NCBI RefSeq assembly: GCF_009914755.1
Contig: NC_060928.1
Length of the DNA: 64,000 nt
From: the human T2T-CHM13v2.0 reference genome, Homo sapiens
Direction: 5' to 3' (one strand)
Shown: piece by piece, positions 14,271-27,300 of the stretch
How positions within the stretch are numbered: position 1 is the first letter of the stretch
How the letters are laid out: each line of letters opens with the position of its first letter
Program-made: the position numbers and the translations under genes
Notes under the pieces: generated by a model
What the model saw: the letters and a program-made list of their open reading frames with translations, nothing else
Told to the model about the DNA's origin: nothing
Database searches by the model: none

Positions 14271-14664
14271 TAAGTGATAAAATGAAAAAAAAGTAATGTG
14301 TTTCAAATTACTGGCTAGTTTGAAAATGTATAACTATTATCAAAAACACAAATAAAAGAGAGAAAAAAGTTGATAAGTGGCGTAAGCTCACCAGTACTTT
14401 GCCTGGAATAGCTACAAATTAAAAGGCATCATTCAAAAGTGGCAAATGACATAAATCTTAAGCAATTGCCCATTGGTCTCCCCAGTTGAACCCTATTGAT
14501 TTTGCACGAAGAATTTTATGCAAGACTACCTGTAAAAGAGTGCTGATCACAACAGAGCAAGCAATAAAATGGGGACATTTACATCTCAGAAGTGTCTATC
14601 ATTTATTTAATCAAAGTTAAGCCTTGATATTCCAAGACTAATTGGTGTCATTTTCCCTTATGCA

Positions 14665-14694
14665 CTCTCTGTCTCTCTTCTCTCTCTCTCTCTC

Positions 14695-14733
<39 letters not shown>
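14665..14733 (+). repeat. (CT)n-(CA)18 compound microsatellite
   Basis: Directly visible; CA run 14698-14733. Confidence 0.95.
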
Positions 14734-14734
<1 letters not shown>

Positions 14735-17700
14735 TCTTTTATACAGAGACCACTGATAATGGACACTATGTACATCAGTCTGAGGTCAGAACATTTCAAG
14801 TAAAATTGCACTTTGGCTGTATAAATCGTTGTCCAAGAAAATAGACCAATCTTCCAGTCATCATAGCAAAAGAAATTTGCAAGTAGAAAGGGAATGCATT
14901 GGAATAGCTCAAGTAAAGGACTAGGCTACGGAAGGACAAAACTCAGCTCTGGGGAGTCTGCATAGAAGGAACTGATAAACAGTCTTTTCAGGATGCCACC
15001 TTTGAGGGGATTGAGCCTTAACCCTTGCAAGTATTTTTGATGGTGTTCTCAAAAGTAAAATTCCAATAAACTGTATGGATCACATGCTATAACACCAGAT
15101 TGTATGCAATAGGTAAAATATAGCACCCCAAATGGAAGAAAATTTAGCAGGAAAAGATAGAATAAATAGTGAGGTCTAAAGCAGCAGGTGTCCATTAGGA
15201 ATGCCATGGTCTTTGTGCTTACACTGGTGGGTTGGGAGAAGGGACCAGAAAATTTATTTAAATCTCAGAGATGTTAGAGAAGCTAAGAGGTAGAGAAGCA
15301 CTGATGAAGGCACAAGACATAGAAACAGTTTATGGGGGCTTTTTCCTGCATATCTCCACCTCCTGTTCACTATTATTTTTCCCAAACATCTTCCTCATCC
15401 CATGTAACTATTCTGTATTCACACTCACTCTTGCTTGTTCATGTCTTTCTCCCACTGGCATTTCATGACTCCTGCCCAAGGATGTAAAACCTTTCCATTT
15501 ATCGCTACCTTTCTGTAATTCTGCGACAGTCCCTTTAAGAGAATGCACCTGAATTTGCCCATATTTCTCATGGCATTAATGAGTAGTAGATGTCTATGAA
15601 AATCATCTGTTACCTTTCTAGGGTACCTGCATCCATTTATTTGAAGGCTGTCTTGGATATTTGAAACTTTCAGCTCAAAGGAGTGTCTATGCTTAAGAAA
15701 ATGTACTAAATCCCCTTAAGTCAGAAGAACCACTCACTGTTCAGAACCACAAGCTCCAAAGAACCACTGTTGTTTGGGAAGATACTGCCAAACCCATAAC
15801 CAGCTTCTCCAAGACCCAATAAGTTGGCAACAGCTTTTTCAAAAGTTTCACAATTTTATTTTCTGATTTGATAGTGTAAAATTTCCATCTGCTTTCACTT
15901 TGGAGCAGTTTGGAAAATACTAGAAAAAAATTAGGAGGTAACCAAATCATTCCTAGGTGAATTTTTATTTTTGTGATGACACCAACTGGAATTAAAACAA
16001 AACAAAACAACACAAAAAATATAAAGACCGCCACATAAGCCATCTGCTACTAAAGGCCTTTGGCTATTCTTTTCCATATTTACTGCCAAGGGAGGTCCCT
16101 AACATATTACAATCTCAAATTTAGGATTCCAAATGGCAGCCTTTTAAATAGCAGCAAAGCACTAGCAGTGGAAACACAATAACAGATACTTGTCATTTTA
16201 TAGGTTTGAATATTTTTATATTTGTAATAAGTACATTTTGAGATAAACACATGAAGATGAAAGAGCAGAATGGCATTTTAATCATTCTTAAGCAGGAAAA
16301 AGATAACTATTTTTTTTTAGCATGGAAACTTTCCACTTTTAGTAAGAGAAGATTGAGAGAAGGCAGAGTACACTGTCAGGTTCAATTAATTGTTGAAACC
16401 AAACAAAAATAGCCTCTCATGGTTCCCATTGTTCTGCAGCTGTTGGCTTCATAATGCCTGTTGTCTCCTTCCTTATGACTAATCATCATGGTTGCCCAGT
16501 TTCCTTTCTTGATTTTCTACCAGAAGTTGTGATGTGTCATAGGAAGAAAGGGCAACCCTCCAAGAATTTCTTTCCAGGTCTTTTGAACACATCCATCCTG
16601 GAGCATTTGCCTTTTTCTTCAAATTGCTGAATCTCTTGACCTCCCTGAACTAAGAAGCCATGTTTGTGAATGTGCATGCTTCAGTCGTTTGATAAGGGAG
16701 CCTAAGTAGCTTCCTGCTTTAAAGAGGTCAAAAAGATGGGAGTCCCGAATGGAATGTGTGCAAAAGTCTTCAGCCTAATGTGTTTTTCTTTTACAAAATC
16801 TCACCTTGCTTCTTGTTACTCTGTTGAACAGTTCCAGATTGCTAAAAGTATCACCTGCTTCCTGAGTTTAGCAATTTCTAAAAGTGTTATATCATGAGTA
16901 TATAAAATCCCATTTAGTTGAATATCAAAATTCTAGCCACTTAACTTCTCAGAACACATAAAAGAACTTCAGAGTAAAAGGAAAAGACTACTGACATAGT
17001 TGTAAAACCTGATGCACTAAGACTTAAGTACTTTTGGTATTAAGGAGAGTGTTACAATTTTGAACACTGTCTGGCATACATTAAACATCAGATAAGTGTT
17101 TATGGCATTATTGGAGCTTAGATTAGCTGTTTTTAGACCTAAATCTAGCAAACTTGGTTATTATGTTTCTCAGGAAAAAAGAAAAAGATTACCAACAACG
17201 TTTTTGAATTATGGCAGAAGACAACAAAATGAGAATGTTGTGAAAATCTACAGCTGATATCTAGCTATAAAAATGAGACCAAAAAAATTACAAAACACAA
17301 TTGCAATAGTTGGTCCATTTGATTTGCCCGAGGATGCAAAATAAATTAGATCACCCTTCAGAGACACCACCCTAATGATCATAGTAACTACTATTAAATT
17401 ATCAAGGAAAAGTCCAATTAGGTTTCATTTATGCTAAGAAAGCAATATAAAGTAAAATAAGATTAAAGTTTAAAGGGAGCGGACTGAAGCACTAAGGATT
17501 TTCATCATCTTGGAAAATCTACTTAAATAGGGCAGCTCATTCACCAAAGATTTTAGTTCTCAGTGGGGCCTTGCTGAATTCACTTATGCTGTCAGATCTG
17601 AAGATATCCTATCACACAGTCTCACGCTTTACATAGCAAAAAGATTAGGGTGAACACAATCCTCTCTCCTCATGTTAGACCATGTCTGTCTCCCTTAAAA

Positions 17701-18136
17701 AAAAAAAAAAAAAAAAAAACCACTGTCTGAACTTAGCTAGCCTCCAACCTGCCTTTGGGGAGAGTGCAGCTCCTTTGCTCAGAATGAGTCACTCAGTCTG
17801 TTTGTGCCCCACCTAACTGGTGTGGATGCTGGCTTTGGTTCCTTATAAGTCCATAAGGCAGCCTGGCTGAATTTATGATTCAGAGTAACCTTTAGTCCAT
17901 CTCCTGCCTGTGTGTGCTTGCTACGAGTTCTCTCCAGGTCACCAGTGAGTTTTTCCTCCTCTATCATCATCGAAACCATTCATGGCCACATTGCACCTCA
18001 CACTTATGCCCCAACAGCTTTATACATACCCAGTTCTTTTACCTCCAGGCCTTCATCCCCAGTGTGTCCTCTCCCTGACAGGCATCTTTCCCTTTCTACT
18101 AGTCCCAGCCACCTCCCACCACCTTTTCTCCCAGCT

Positions 18137-18350
18137 CAGTAGTTCTCAACTTTGGACAATTTTGTCTCCCAGGGGACATCTGACAATACCTCAAGACTTT
18201 TTTGATTGTCATAACCTGAGGAAAGACACTGCTGGCATCTAGTGGGTAGAGGCCAGGACTTCCATCGAACGTCTTCCAACGTACAGGCCAGTCCTCCAAA
18301 CAAAAAATTATCCAGTCCAAATTGTCAAAAATGCCAAGGCTGGGGGATGC
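18137..18350. mobile_element. MER20 (hAT)
   Basis: CAGTAGTTCTCAAC...CCCAGGGGACATCTGACAAT...CTGGCATCTAGTGGGTAGAGGCCAGG. Confidence 0.9.
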
Positions 18351-18359
18351 TGCAATCTT

Positions 18360-18688
18360 CTCAGTCTTCATTCTTACATCTCAGTTCAAATCTCACCTCC
18401 CTTAAAACCTTCCCTGAACATTATTCTTCACTACAGGAGAAGGGTTAGCTATCCCTACTCTTTCCTCTTTTAGTACTTGATATAATATCCATTCTTGAGC
18501 TTTCTATACCATAACAAAATTACCTTTGTCTACATTTCCCCCGCCCCACCCCCACCCCCACCCCACCCCACTAAACTCTTAGCTCCTTGTGAGCAGGGGT
18601 GGTGTCTTTTTCATCCACATCTATCCAGCACCCAGACTAGTGCCTGGTTTATTGTAAATGTTTTTAAAAATGTTTGAGTGATTGAATT
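18360..18688 (+). mobile_element. L2 3' end remnant
   Basis: TCTCAGTTCAAATCTCACCTCC...AGCTCCTTGTGAGCAGGG...AGTGCCTGG...AAATGTTTGAGTGATTGAAT. Confidence 0.7.
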
Positions 18689-18979
18689 TAAAAGATTAAT
18701 TTTGTTTGAAACTTTATGTCTTTGCTTTTTTGCTAATCGTTTGGCAACATTAGAGACACCTTGCTGATCCCCAAGAATCTTCTGATCCATTAAGGATCTT
18801 TAAATATAGAGTAAGTGAGCCTCAACTCCTTACATTTCACTATGTCTGTGTTCTGGAGTTCCTCAGAAAGGATGACATCTTTGAGGATAATCTTTGGATG
18901 TTGATAACAGTGCATTTAAAGTTAACTGAGAGGCTGTCTTTAGCTGATAATAATCTGCTGAGTTGGATTTCTTATCTAG

Positions 18980-19212
18980 TTAACAGTATAGTCACTGAAG
19001 CCAGATTGCTTGGGTTCAAATCTAGGACCTGCCACCTACAACCTGTGTGACCTTGAGCATATTAATTAAACGTTCTGTGTTTCCGTTTTCTTTCTGAAAA
19101 AAAAAATGGGGATGATCATGGTATGAAACTCATAGATTTGTTATGAGAATTACCTGAGTTAGTATTTGTAAAATGCTTAGGACAGTGCTTGGTACTCAGT
19201 AAGTGGTTGTTA
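18980..19212 (+). mobile_element. MIR SINE
   Basis: GCCAGATTGCTTGGGTTCAAATC...CTGTGTGACCTTGAGCA...GTAAAATGCTTAGGACAGTGCTTGGTAC. Confidence 0.85.
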
Positions 19213-20157
19213 AACAAGGTTGGAAGGATAGGCTAGTGTCAACCCTCTGCTACTTGTGATGAATGCATCAAGCCAGGTAAATACATCTCATTCTAAAATA
19301 TAACTCTACTTTATTGCATCCCTGAGGAGACTTGGATGAACACATGTTAAAAGATAAGACAATTAAGATTTACCCATCATGTGTCTTAGACCAAAATAAC
19401 CCTCCAGAACTTGTCAAGCTTTTCTATAGGCAGGTGACAGAATGTCTTATAATCCTGGCATATATACAAAAACCACTGATAATCTATGATTGCCACTGCT
19501 GCTGCATTCTAATTTTCCTGCTTCAAACTGGCATTTTAATCATTCTGCCCATAGCAACTAATGTCCTTTAAATTAGCATTAAAAATTCATTCTTTTGGTT
19601 TATCCTTCCTGAATCAAGCTAATTAACTATCAGCTGAGAGCCCTTTAAATTATAAACTGAATGTGTTACATTTTCTAATTTATAATGCCTTATCTAGGCA
19701 AATTGAAAACCCAGAAAGGAGTGAATTAATTAATATTAATTAAAGAGAACAACATGGAACGAATGCCAGGTCAATCTTTGGAGTGTGCTTGGAAAGCCAT
19801 TGTTGGGACTAATTTGTCCCTTTGCAGCATAGAACTTTGGACAAAAGGCTTTTCCATGGTGGCCTTATAAGGAATGAGAAAGGGAAGCCGGAGATAAGAC
19901 TAGAAGTACCAATGAATACCGATATTATACATCTGTATTTACATATATTGCATATGTAATATTTCATATTCTCTATAATAAGAAACCAAATAATCAAATT
20001 AGTCCCTGAAGCTTTTCACAATTTTTTCTAGACTTTTTAATAGAAATCCCCTTTTATTTTTACTCAGCAAGTATTTTCTGAATGCCTCTAACATACAAAG
20101 TTTTAGGTAGGGAAATAGAAAATTAAAAGGATCATAACCCAAGGAACTTAAAGTATA

Positions 20158-20353
20158 GAGCAGCACCGTTCAATAGGGCTTTCTGTGATAATGAAATGTT
20201 CTATATCCACACCATCCAATAAAGTTGCCACCTGTGCATATTCAGCACTAGAGATGTGGCTCATGTGATTGAGGAAATAGATTTTTAACTTTACTAAAAT
20301 TTAAATAGCCACATGTGGATACTTGTTGTTGTATTAGATATCTCAGGTCTAGA
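20158..20353. mobile_element. MER3 hAT MITE
   Basis: CAATAGGGCTTTCTGTGATAATGAAATGTTCTATATC...AAATAGCCACATGTGG. Confidence 0.8.
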
Positions 20354-20439
20354 AGGTGAGAGAAACTGCATAATGTTTATTTTTGTCACTTAAAATTTTT
20401 CAAAGTTTGTCAGTGTTTCTTTTATGCCACACAATTGTA

Positions 20440-20552
20440 TGTCTCTCTTTCTCTGTCTTTGTCTCTGTTTCTCTCTCCCTCCCTCTCTGTCTCTCCGTGT
20501 CTCACATACACACACACACACACAAACATACACACATACACACATGCACATA
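20440..20552 (+). repeat. Imperfect (CT)n-(CA)n microsatellite
   Basis: Directly visible. Confidence 0.85.
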
Positions 20553-23089
20553 CCTCTCTTTGTTTTCTATTCACTGTCATATTTATCATCTTAAACTGAT
20601 TTTATTCAGGGCTATGATGATCAACTTGGAGAGATGGAGTATATCAGAGTTACTAGAGGGCAAAAAAGAAAATGCCTGCATAATCAATGTTATAATTTTA
20701 TAATGAAAAATGAGAAAAATATTTATACACATTATAGAAAAGTAAAATGGTGGGATGATTTGAAGAGCACAGTTTTCAACAGAAAGCTATACCTCTCCCC
20801 AAGGTGAAGTATCAGAATCTAGGAAGGGGTAGAAGAGATGCTGTGAGATTATTGTGTTGAACAAATAGGCACATGGGTTTACAAACTTTAAGAAATATTA
20901 AATTAGCTTAAAAACAATTAAAACATATTGTCCTAAAGGGCTGAAGGGTCCTTTCACCACATAAGACATTATATATAATCATTATTTCAATGGACATCAG
21001 AAATTCACTAAGCGTTCTGGGGACCAACGGCCTTAATTCATCCAGAAGTGGTCCCTGAGTCCTCCACAAGGTTGCTGACACAATTCCTAGTTGTAGATAT
21101 TGGACAGTATAATTTGGATTTTACCCTAATATTCCTAAATGTAAACAAAGATATTAGGAATATAGCTGTGAAAAACTGGTTTAATACAAAGTTTAACAAA
21201 CCACTATACATAAACAAAAATACATTCAAAATACAATAACATTTTTTCAGGACATATAATTTAGACTTTTTTTTCAAATCCAAGCCTATAAATCAGTGGG
21301 GGTTATTTTGTAAGTAAGGGCTAAATTCCAGAAGATTTGGTAAAGTTATTTTATGTTCATCAAAGTTGGATTTCAGATTCAATCATTTTCTTCATTGCGC
21401 TATTAAATTATGTTGCCTTACTCACCCCCATCTTTTTGACTTGACTCGCACAATACCAATATTGCCACCTATGGGTCAACATGATGTTGTGAGATGTTTT
21501 ACATGACCGAGATGAGAAAGAAAAAAAAGTACTTGGAGAATGAATCATTTTGGATAGTTGAGTTTGACAGCTACACAGGATCCGTGCTTTTACATATCTT
21601 TTATTTAGTAGTTTTGGATAGAAAGCCTCTTCAAAGATACTGCACAAGTCCCTAATGTCTTAGCTACTGCACTGAAAATAATTAACAATTTTGATGACTA
21701 CAGATAATTATCATCAATATAAATTACTATGCTAGATCAGAGATATTTCTCAAGTGCAAATTTGATCCTAGGCAAAGGCATCTCAGACTGTTGTCTCCTT
21801 TGAGTATTTAACTCAGTAGAATATTCAGTCACATGTCTAGACTCTCTGTTTGCTTTTCACTGCCCATAGTACATAATCCCACTTGTCAATTCCCATGATT
21901 TCCTATAGTTATAAACCAAATAACTACCCTAGTTAGAGTTGTTTACAAAATAAGGGTAATTGGGAACTGAATATGTGCCTAGAATTTAGAAATCTTACCA
22001 TAGGGATTTTGTGACTCTGATTTTGTCTCCTCACATAAAATTTTCGTAACTTGCTTTATGATACACAGCTTCATTCCTAACAGGTAATGTAACTGAATAA
22101 GCATCTTAGATAAGTGACTCATTAATTACTTCTCATTTGAATTTCTCATTATCACTTTTCATTGTTTGAATGACTTGTCATTATTAGTGACTTCTCTCTT
22201 CTTTTTACTTAACTGTTATCTTCATATGTTGTAATTCTTCATACAAGAAATAAAGTGTCAATTTTTAATACAAAATTGTATGATATTAAAAATATGTGAA
22301 AACCTGTTATTATCCCTAAATATTCTAATCTAGTTTCCATATACCATGTAACAATTGCTAACAATTTTTTCTCCAAATTAGCAGAATATATTATTCTGAG
22401 CAAGAGTTAATAAACTTTAATTAATTTTTATCTCACTGAAGTTTTAGATAAATCACACCTTGCAATCTGGCAGGCTCTTAAAAGCTAAATCTCTCCTGAA
22501 CTTTAAACTTAGAAGTACTATAGTCAGGTGGTATAGACAAAGCCATGGACACTTCTTTAGAGCCTCAAAGAAATTTGAAGTAGGCCTCTTAGTCTATCTG
22601 CCACCATATACTTTAACATTCATCATTAAAATTCTAATGTATAACTTTTCTGGAAAAAGGAGCTTCGTTTAGACATTCATGATCTTTACTTACAAAAGTT
22701 ATTACTTATTATCTCTCTGCATCAAATATTTTAATGAATAATATGTAAACTATCCTATTAAATAAAGATAAATTAGATAAATTGAAGAGGGGCTCAGAAA
22801 GTACCATGAAATCCATCTTGGAAAGAGCACCGAGCAAAGAATGTTTCTCCAGATGCTATGTGAAGAAAAAAAGTTTTTCTTTTTAATGAGTTTAATGAAT
22901 TTGGAAAACTCCTCATATTATAACACGTTCTTAGTTATTCACAATCCACTTCACAGCATTAAATACTAACAATCCCACAATGAAGAAATATAGGTCGGTT
23001 TGTTTGACTCAAAGTTTTCAAATGTACTGGAGTATGGAATCATTTCCTTTCTGAATGTCTTTAGTGTCCAACTGAACTGTACCCTGGTA

Positions 23090-23493
23090 CATGCTAGCCA
23101 CCTACAGGCTACTCAGATATTCACTTCTCCCCTCTTTTGAGGCCCGTGATAGATTTGTACCTCTTTACATCTTCAACAGTTAGGCATCACCAAATAACAT
23201 GCATTTGTCCAGATGAATGTAGCAGTTGTGACCTGTGTCACTTCTAGGCCAAAGGTTTAAGGGCCACTATGTAGTTGGCTACATTCCCTTTTCCCTGCCT
23301 TGGGCAACTTGAAAGCATATGTCAAGGTGTAGGCTGGGTCAGCCTGGGGCAATGAGTGACTATGATGAGCAGAGCCCCCTGGCAGACCTACAAGAGGTGA
23401 AGAATGAGCAGGAAATAACCTTTGTTGGATTAAACCTTGAGGTCTGGGGGCTACTCATTATGGCAGCATAATGAGCTCATTCCAAAAAATATA
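23090..23493 (+). mobile_element. MLT1I/J-type MaLR solo LTR
   Basis: GTGACCTGTGTCACTTCTAGGCC...ATGAGTGACTATGATGAGCAGAGCCCCC...ATGAGCAGGAAATAACCTTTGTTG. Confidence 0.75.
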
Positions 23494-24559
23494 TTGGACT
23501 AGGCAGCAAAAATCTTAAAAGTATCAATGGACTTATAAGATATCCAAAATACGTTATAGTACCAGAAACCAATTTTACTGGGGTTTTTATAGTAGCTTTG
23601 CCTTCTTTAAAAGTCTTAGACATTTTAATAAAGGAAGGCTGGCTACATCAAGAAGGCTCTCTTGGTGAAATTAGAATCGAGCCAGAGGGCCTCTGTTCAT
23701 GTTTGGGCTGAGTACCGTAAAACTCTTGCAGGCACACAAATACAAGAGAGTAGTTATTATACATGCTATTGGCTCACCTCCCCTGATAGCATTTCTCTTT
23801 GCACACCATTCCCTCCACAGCAATTCTATATTGTTCTTGCTACTCTTATAGGATTACAAGTTCATAATGTATAAGTCAGTCTATGGACTTCATAAAGAGG
23901 CCAATTTAATGTTGTTACTGTTTTTCCTGAAAAACTAGCTTTCCTCATTTGCTTTCTGGACATTGATTAAAAGACTACATTATTTTTTATAATTTGTGTT
24001 CCAGGCACAAGTGGGAGTTCCAATTTCTTTACTGAATAAACTAGAAGTAAATTGACTTCTTTGATCATTGACTGAAGAAGGGAAAATTGATGTTATATGT
24101 AAGGATATAAAACAGCTCCTCTTTTAGGCCAGGAATCAGGTTTCTAAATAAAGAAAAGTTCACATCAGTTTACACTTATGTTTGGTACAGACCTTTACTA
24201 AAACCATAATAAGGAAAAAAATTAACATGAAATTATCTCCCAGTTGTCAGAATCAAATTTCTCTGAACTTTCCAAGCCTCCTCAGTCTTTAATCCCTATA
24301 TTTTTTCTTTATTCTAACCTCAGAACCCTGGAAAAACTGAATCGGTGACATAATTTAGATCAAACTGAAAGAAGAATAGCTTATTTTATACTGAAGTAGT
24401 AAAGCATTCGCTTGATTTATTAGGCCCTCCTGCAGAAACATTCAATTTTCAATCTTTTAGCATGTAGGCATTCCTTTATATAAGAATCACTAAATACTGA
24501 GTATATACTGGGCATTGAAGAAGGCAGTCAATACTTCTCTGCTTTTAAAACAAAATACT

Positions 24560-24766
24560 GAACTGTACTTACTAACATGGTAGTCACTAGCCACCTATCA
24601 TTATTTATGTTAAATTATTTAAAATTAAATAAAAATAAAAATTTAGTTCCTTAGTAACACTAAACCTATTTTAAACATTCAATAGCCACATGCAGTTAGT
24701 GGTTACCATATTGGACAGTGCAGATATAAAGCATGCACATTATTTCACAAAATTCTATTGAACAGT
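24560..24766. mobile_element. MER3 hAT MITE
   Basis: ATGGTAGTCACTAGCCAC...CAATAGCCACATGCAGTTAGTGGTTACCATATTGGACAGTGCAG. Confidence 0.8.
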
Positions 24767-24832
24767 AAAGATATAGAACATTCCCAACATCACAGAGCAG
24801 AACTGCTACTCTATGTCCCTTACTTAAGATTG

Positions 24833-25045
24833 AGTTTGAGACCAGCTTGACCAACATGGTGAAACCCTGCCTCTACTAAAAATACAAAAATTAGCTGGGC
24901 ATGGTGGCGCATGCCTGTAGTCCCAGCTACTCGGGAGGCTGAAACAGGAGGATCGCTTGAACCTGGGAGGCAGAAGTTTCAGTGAGCCAAGATTGTGCCA
25001 CTGCACTCCAGCCTAGGTGACAGAGCGAGACTCCGTTTCGAAAAA
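24833..25045 (+). mobile_element. 5'-truncated AluS
   Basis: Starts at AGTTTGAGACCAGC; TSD AAGATTG (24826-24832 / 25046-25052). Confidence 0.92.
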
Positions 25046-25139
25046 AAGATTGTTATCATATATTATTGTTCATAAACATGTCAGTTGGATTATCTAGAGC
25101 CTACACTATTTAATAAAACTTTCTGTATGCAGTTTATCC

Positions 25140-26973
25140 AGGACAATGAGACTTCCAGGCAGAGCCAGCTTGGAGACCTAGAACCAGTCTGCAAGTATCA
25201 TTGCTAGATGCCACAGCCTTCTCCCCTGAGATCATGGGGCAATGGGGTGCTTTCTGCTCCATGCCCAGGCAGATCATCAGGCGGTTGGAGAACTCACTTA
25301 CCTGGATCAGCAGCCTGAGCCACTTCACGCTTCCTGCACATAGACCATGATGTAGCAGGGCCCTCTCTGCCCCATACTCATGCAGATCGCCAGGCAGTTG
25401 GAGCATCTTTTCACCAAGATCAGCAGCATGAGCTGCAACATACTTCCTACACAGAGATTGTGGTGCAGGGGGCCCCATTCTGCTCCAAGATCAAGCAGAT
25501 CACCAGGTATTTGGAGCACCCACTTTCCCAGATTTGGAGTTTAGGCCACCCCCTTGCCTGGTGCAGAGACTTGAGGACAAGAAGATTTCCCAGATCCATG
25601 CCTAGGCAGACCTCTGGGCACTTGGTGGCCATGCGCTGGATACCCTCACTGGGCTAGTGCTTGTGCCAATAATTGGCAAACCTAGAGTCAGGCCTGCCCA
25701 GTCTAGTGCCACTCATCTTGGCCTTCCCAATGGGGCTGAGCAGGGAATCCAGACCTCTGTGCAATTCATGGATCAGCCAATTGCCTGAAGCAACAGAGAG
25801 TTCCTCCCAGTAAACAAGATTTTATGTATATACTCAGCTGTGTTAGCCACAGATGACTCTTACCCATAACCATCATCTACTGATCTGTACATAAAACTGC
25901 AAGGCCCTGTGTAAAACATACTGACAGAAGTATATAAAGCTGTAAAAGCAAAGTCAAAAGACCCTGCCCAGCATACTCTACAGTCACTTCCCCTAGGGAG
26001 GAAGTTAAGGGAAAGAAAGAAAAAAAAATACCAATATAAAGAAAGATAAAAAAATCATGTTTGCATGAAAATAACTACAAAAATTAGTAGTGCCAGTATT
26101 GCCAAATGAGAAGAAACCAGTGAAAAAATTCTGCTACCATGAAAAATCTGAAAGTTATGACACGATCAGAAGATCACATTAGCTCTCCAGCAATAGTCCC
26201 TAAACCAAAAAGAAAACTCAGAAATGACAAAGGAAGAATTCAAAGCATGGATTGCAAAGAAGCTCAATGAGATCCAAGATAAGGTTGGAAATCAACACAA
26301 AGAAAAACTTCCAAAGAAATCCCGGAAATGAAGGACAAGATAAACATCTTAAAAAGAAATCAATCGGAGCTTCTGCAATTATAAAACTTACTTAAGGAAT
26401 TTCAAAATACAATTGAAAGCATAATCAATAGACTGGATCAAGCAGAAGAAAGTATTTCAGACCTTAAAGACCTGCCTTTTGAACTTACCCTGTCAGACAA
26501 AAATAGAGAAAATTAATTTTTAAAACTAATCAAAGTCTTTGAGAAAATTAGCATAATGTAAAGTGACCAAACCAACAAATTATTGACATTCTTGGGGAAG
26601 AATGAGAAAAAGTAAACAACCTGGAAAATATATTGGAGAAAATGGTTCAAGAAAACTTCCCTAATCTTGCTAGAGATGTAGACATCCAGATAAAACAAAT
26701 CCAGAGAACACCTGGGGGATATCATACAAAATAAATATCACCAAGCCTTATAGTCACCAGACCATCCAAGGCCAAAGCTAAAGAAAAAATCTTACAGGCA
26801 GCTAGATAAGAAGGTCAAATCAAAAACAAAAGAAACACCCATCAGGTTAATAGCAGACTTCTTAGCAGAAACCCTATGAGCCAGGAGAGATTGGGGACAA
26901 ATTTACAACATTTTGTATACATATGTAACTAACCTGCACATTGTGCACATGTACCCTAAAACTTAAAGTATAA

Positions 26974-27010
<37 letters not shown>

Positions 27011-27300
27011 ATAGAAATCCCAACCAAGAATTTCATATCCCATCCAAGTAAGCTTCATAAGTGATGAAGAAATAAAATCTTTTCCAGACAGCCAAGCACT
27101 AAGAGAATTAGTTACCACCAGACCAGCCTCCAAGAGATCCTTAATGGAGTTTTAAAATGGACTCAAAAGAACAATACATGCTACCACAAAAACACATGTA
27201 AGTACATAGCCCATAGACTCCGAAAGCAATCATGCAATAGAAACTACAAAGCAACCAGCTAAAAACCTCATGATAGGATCATAACTTCATGTATCAATAT
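25140..27300 (+). mobile_element. L1PA15-16-type L1: 5'UTR with ~110-bp monomers plus degenerate ORF1; 3' part absent
   Basis: Repeated CCATGCCCAGGCAGATC..CAGGC..TTGGAGCA units followed by ORF1 motifs (GAAGCTCAATGAGATCCAAG, GAAAACTTCCCTAATCTTGCTAGAG). Confidence 0.8.
26914..27013 (+). mobile_element. Ultra-short young L1PA 3' tip with (TAAA)n tail
   Basis: TGTATACATATGTAACTAACCTGCACATTGTGCACATGTACCCTAAAACTTAAAGTATAATAAAA then (TAAA)n. Confidence 0.92.
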
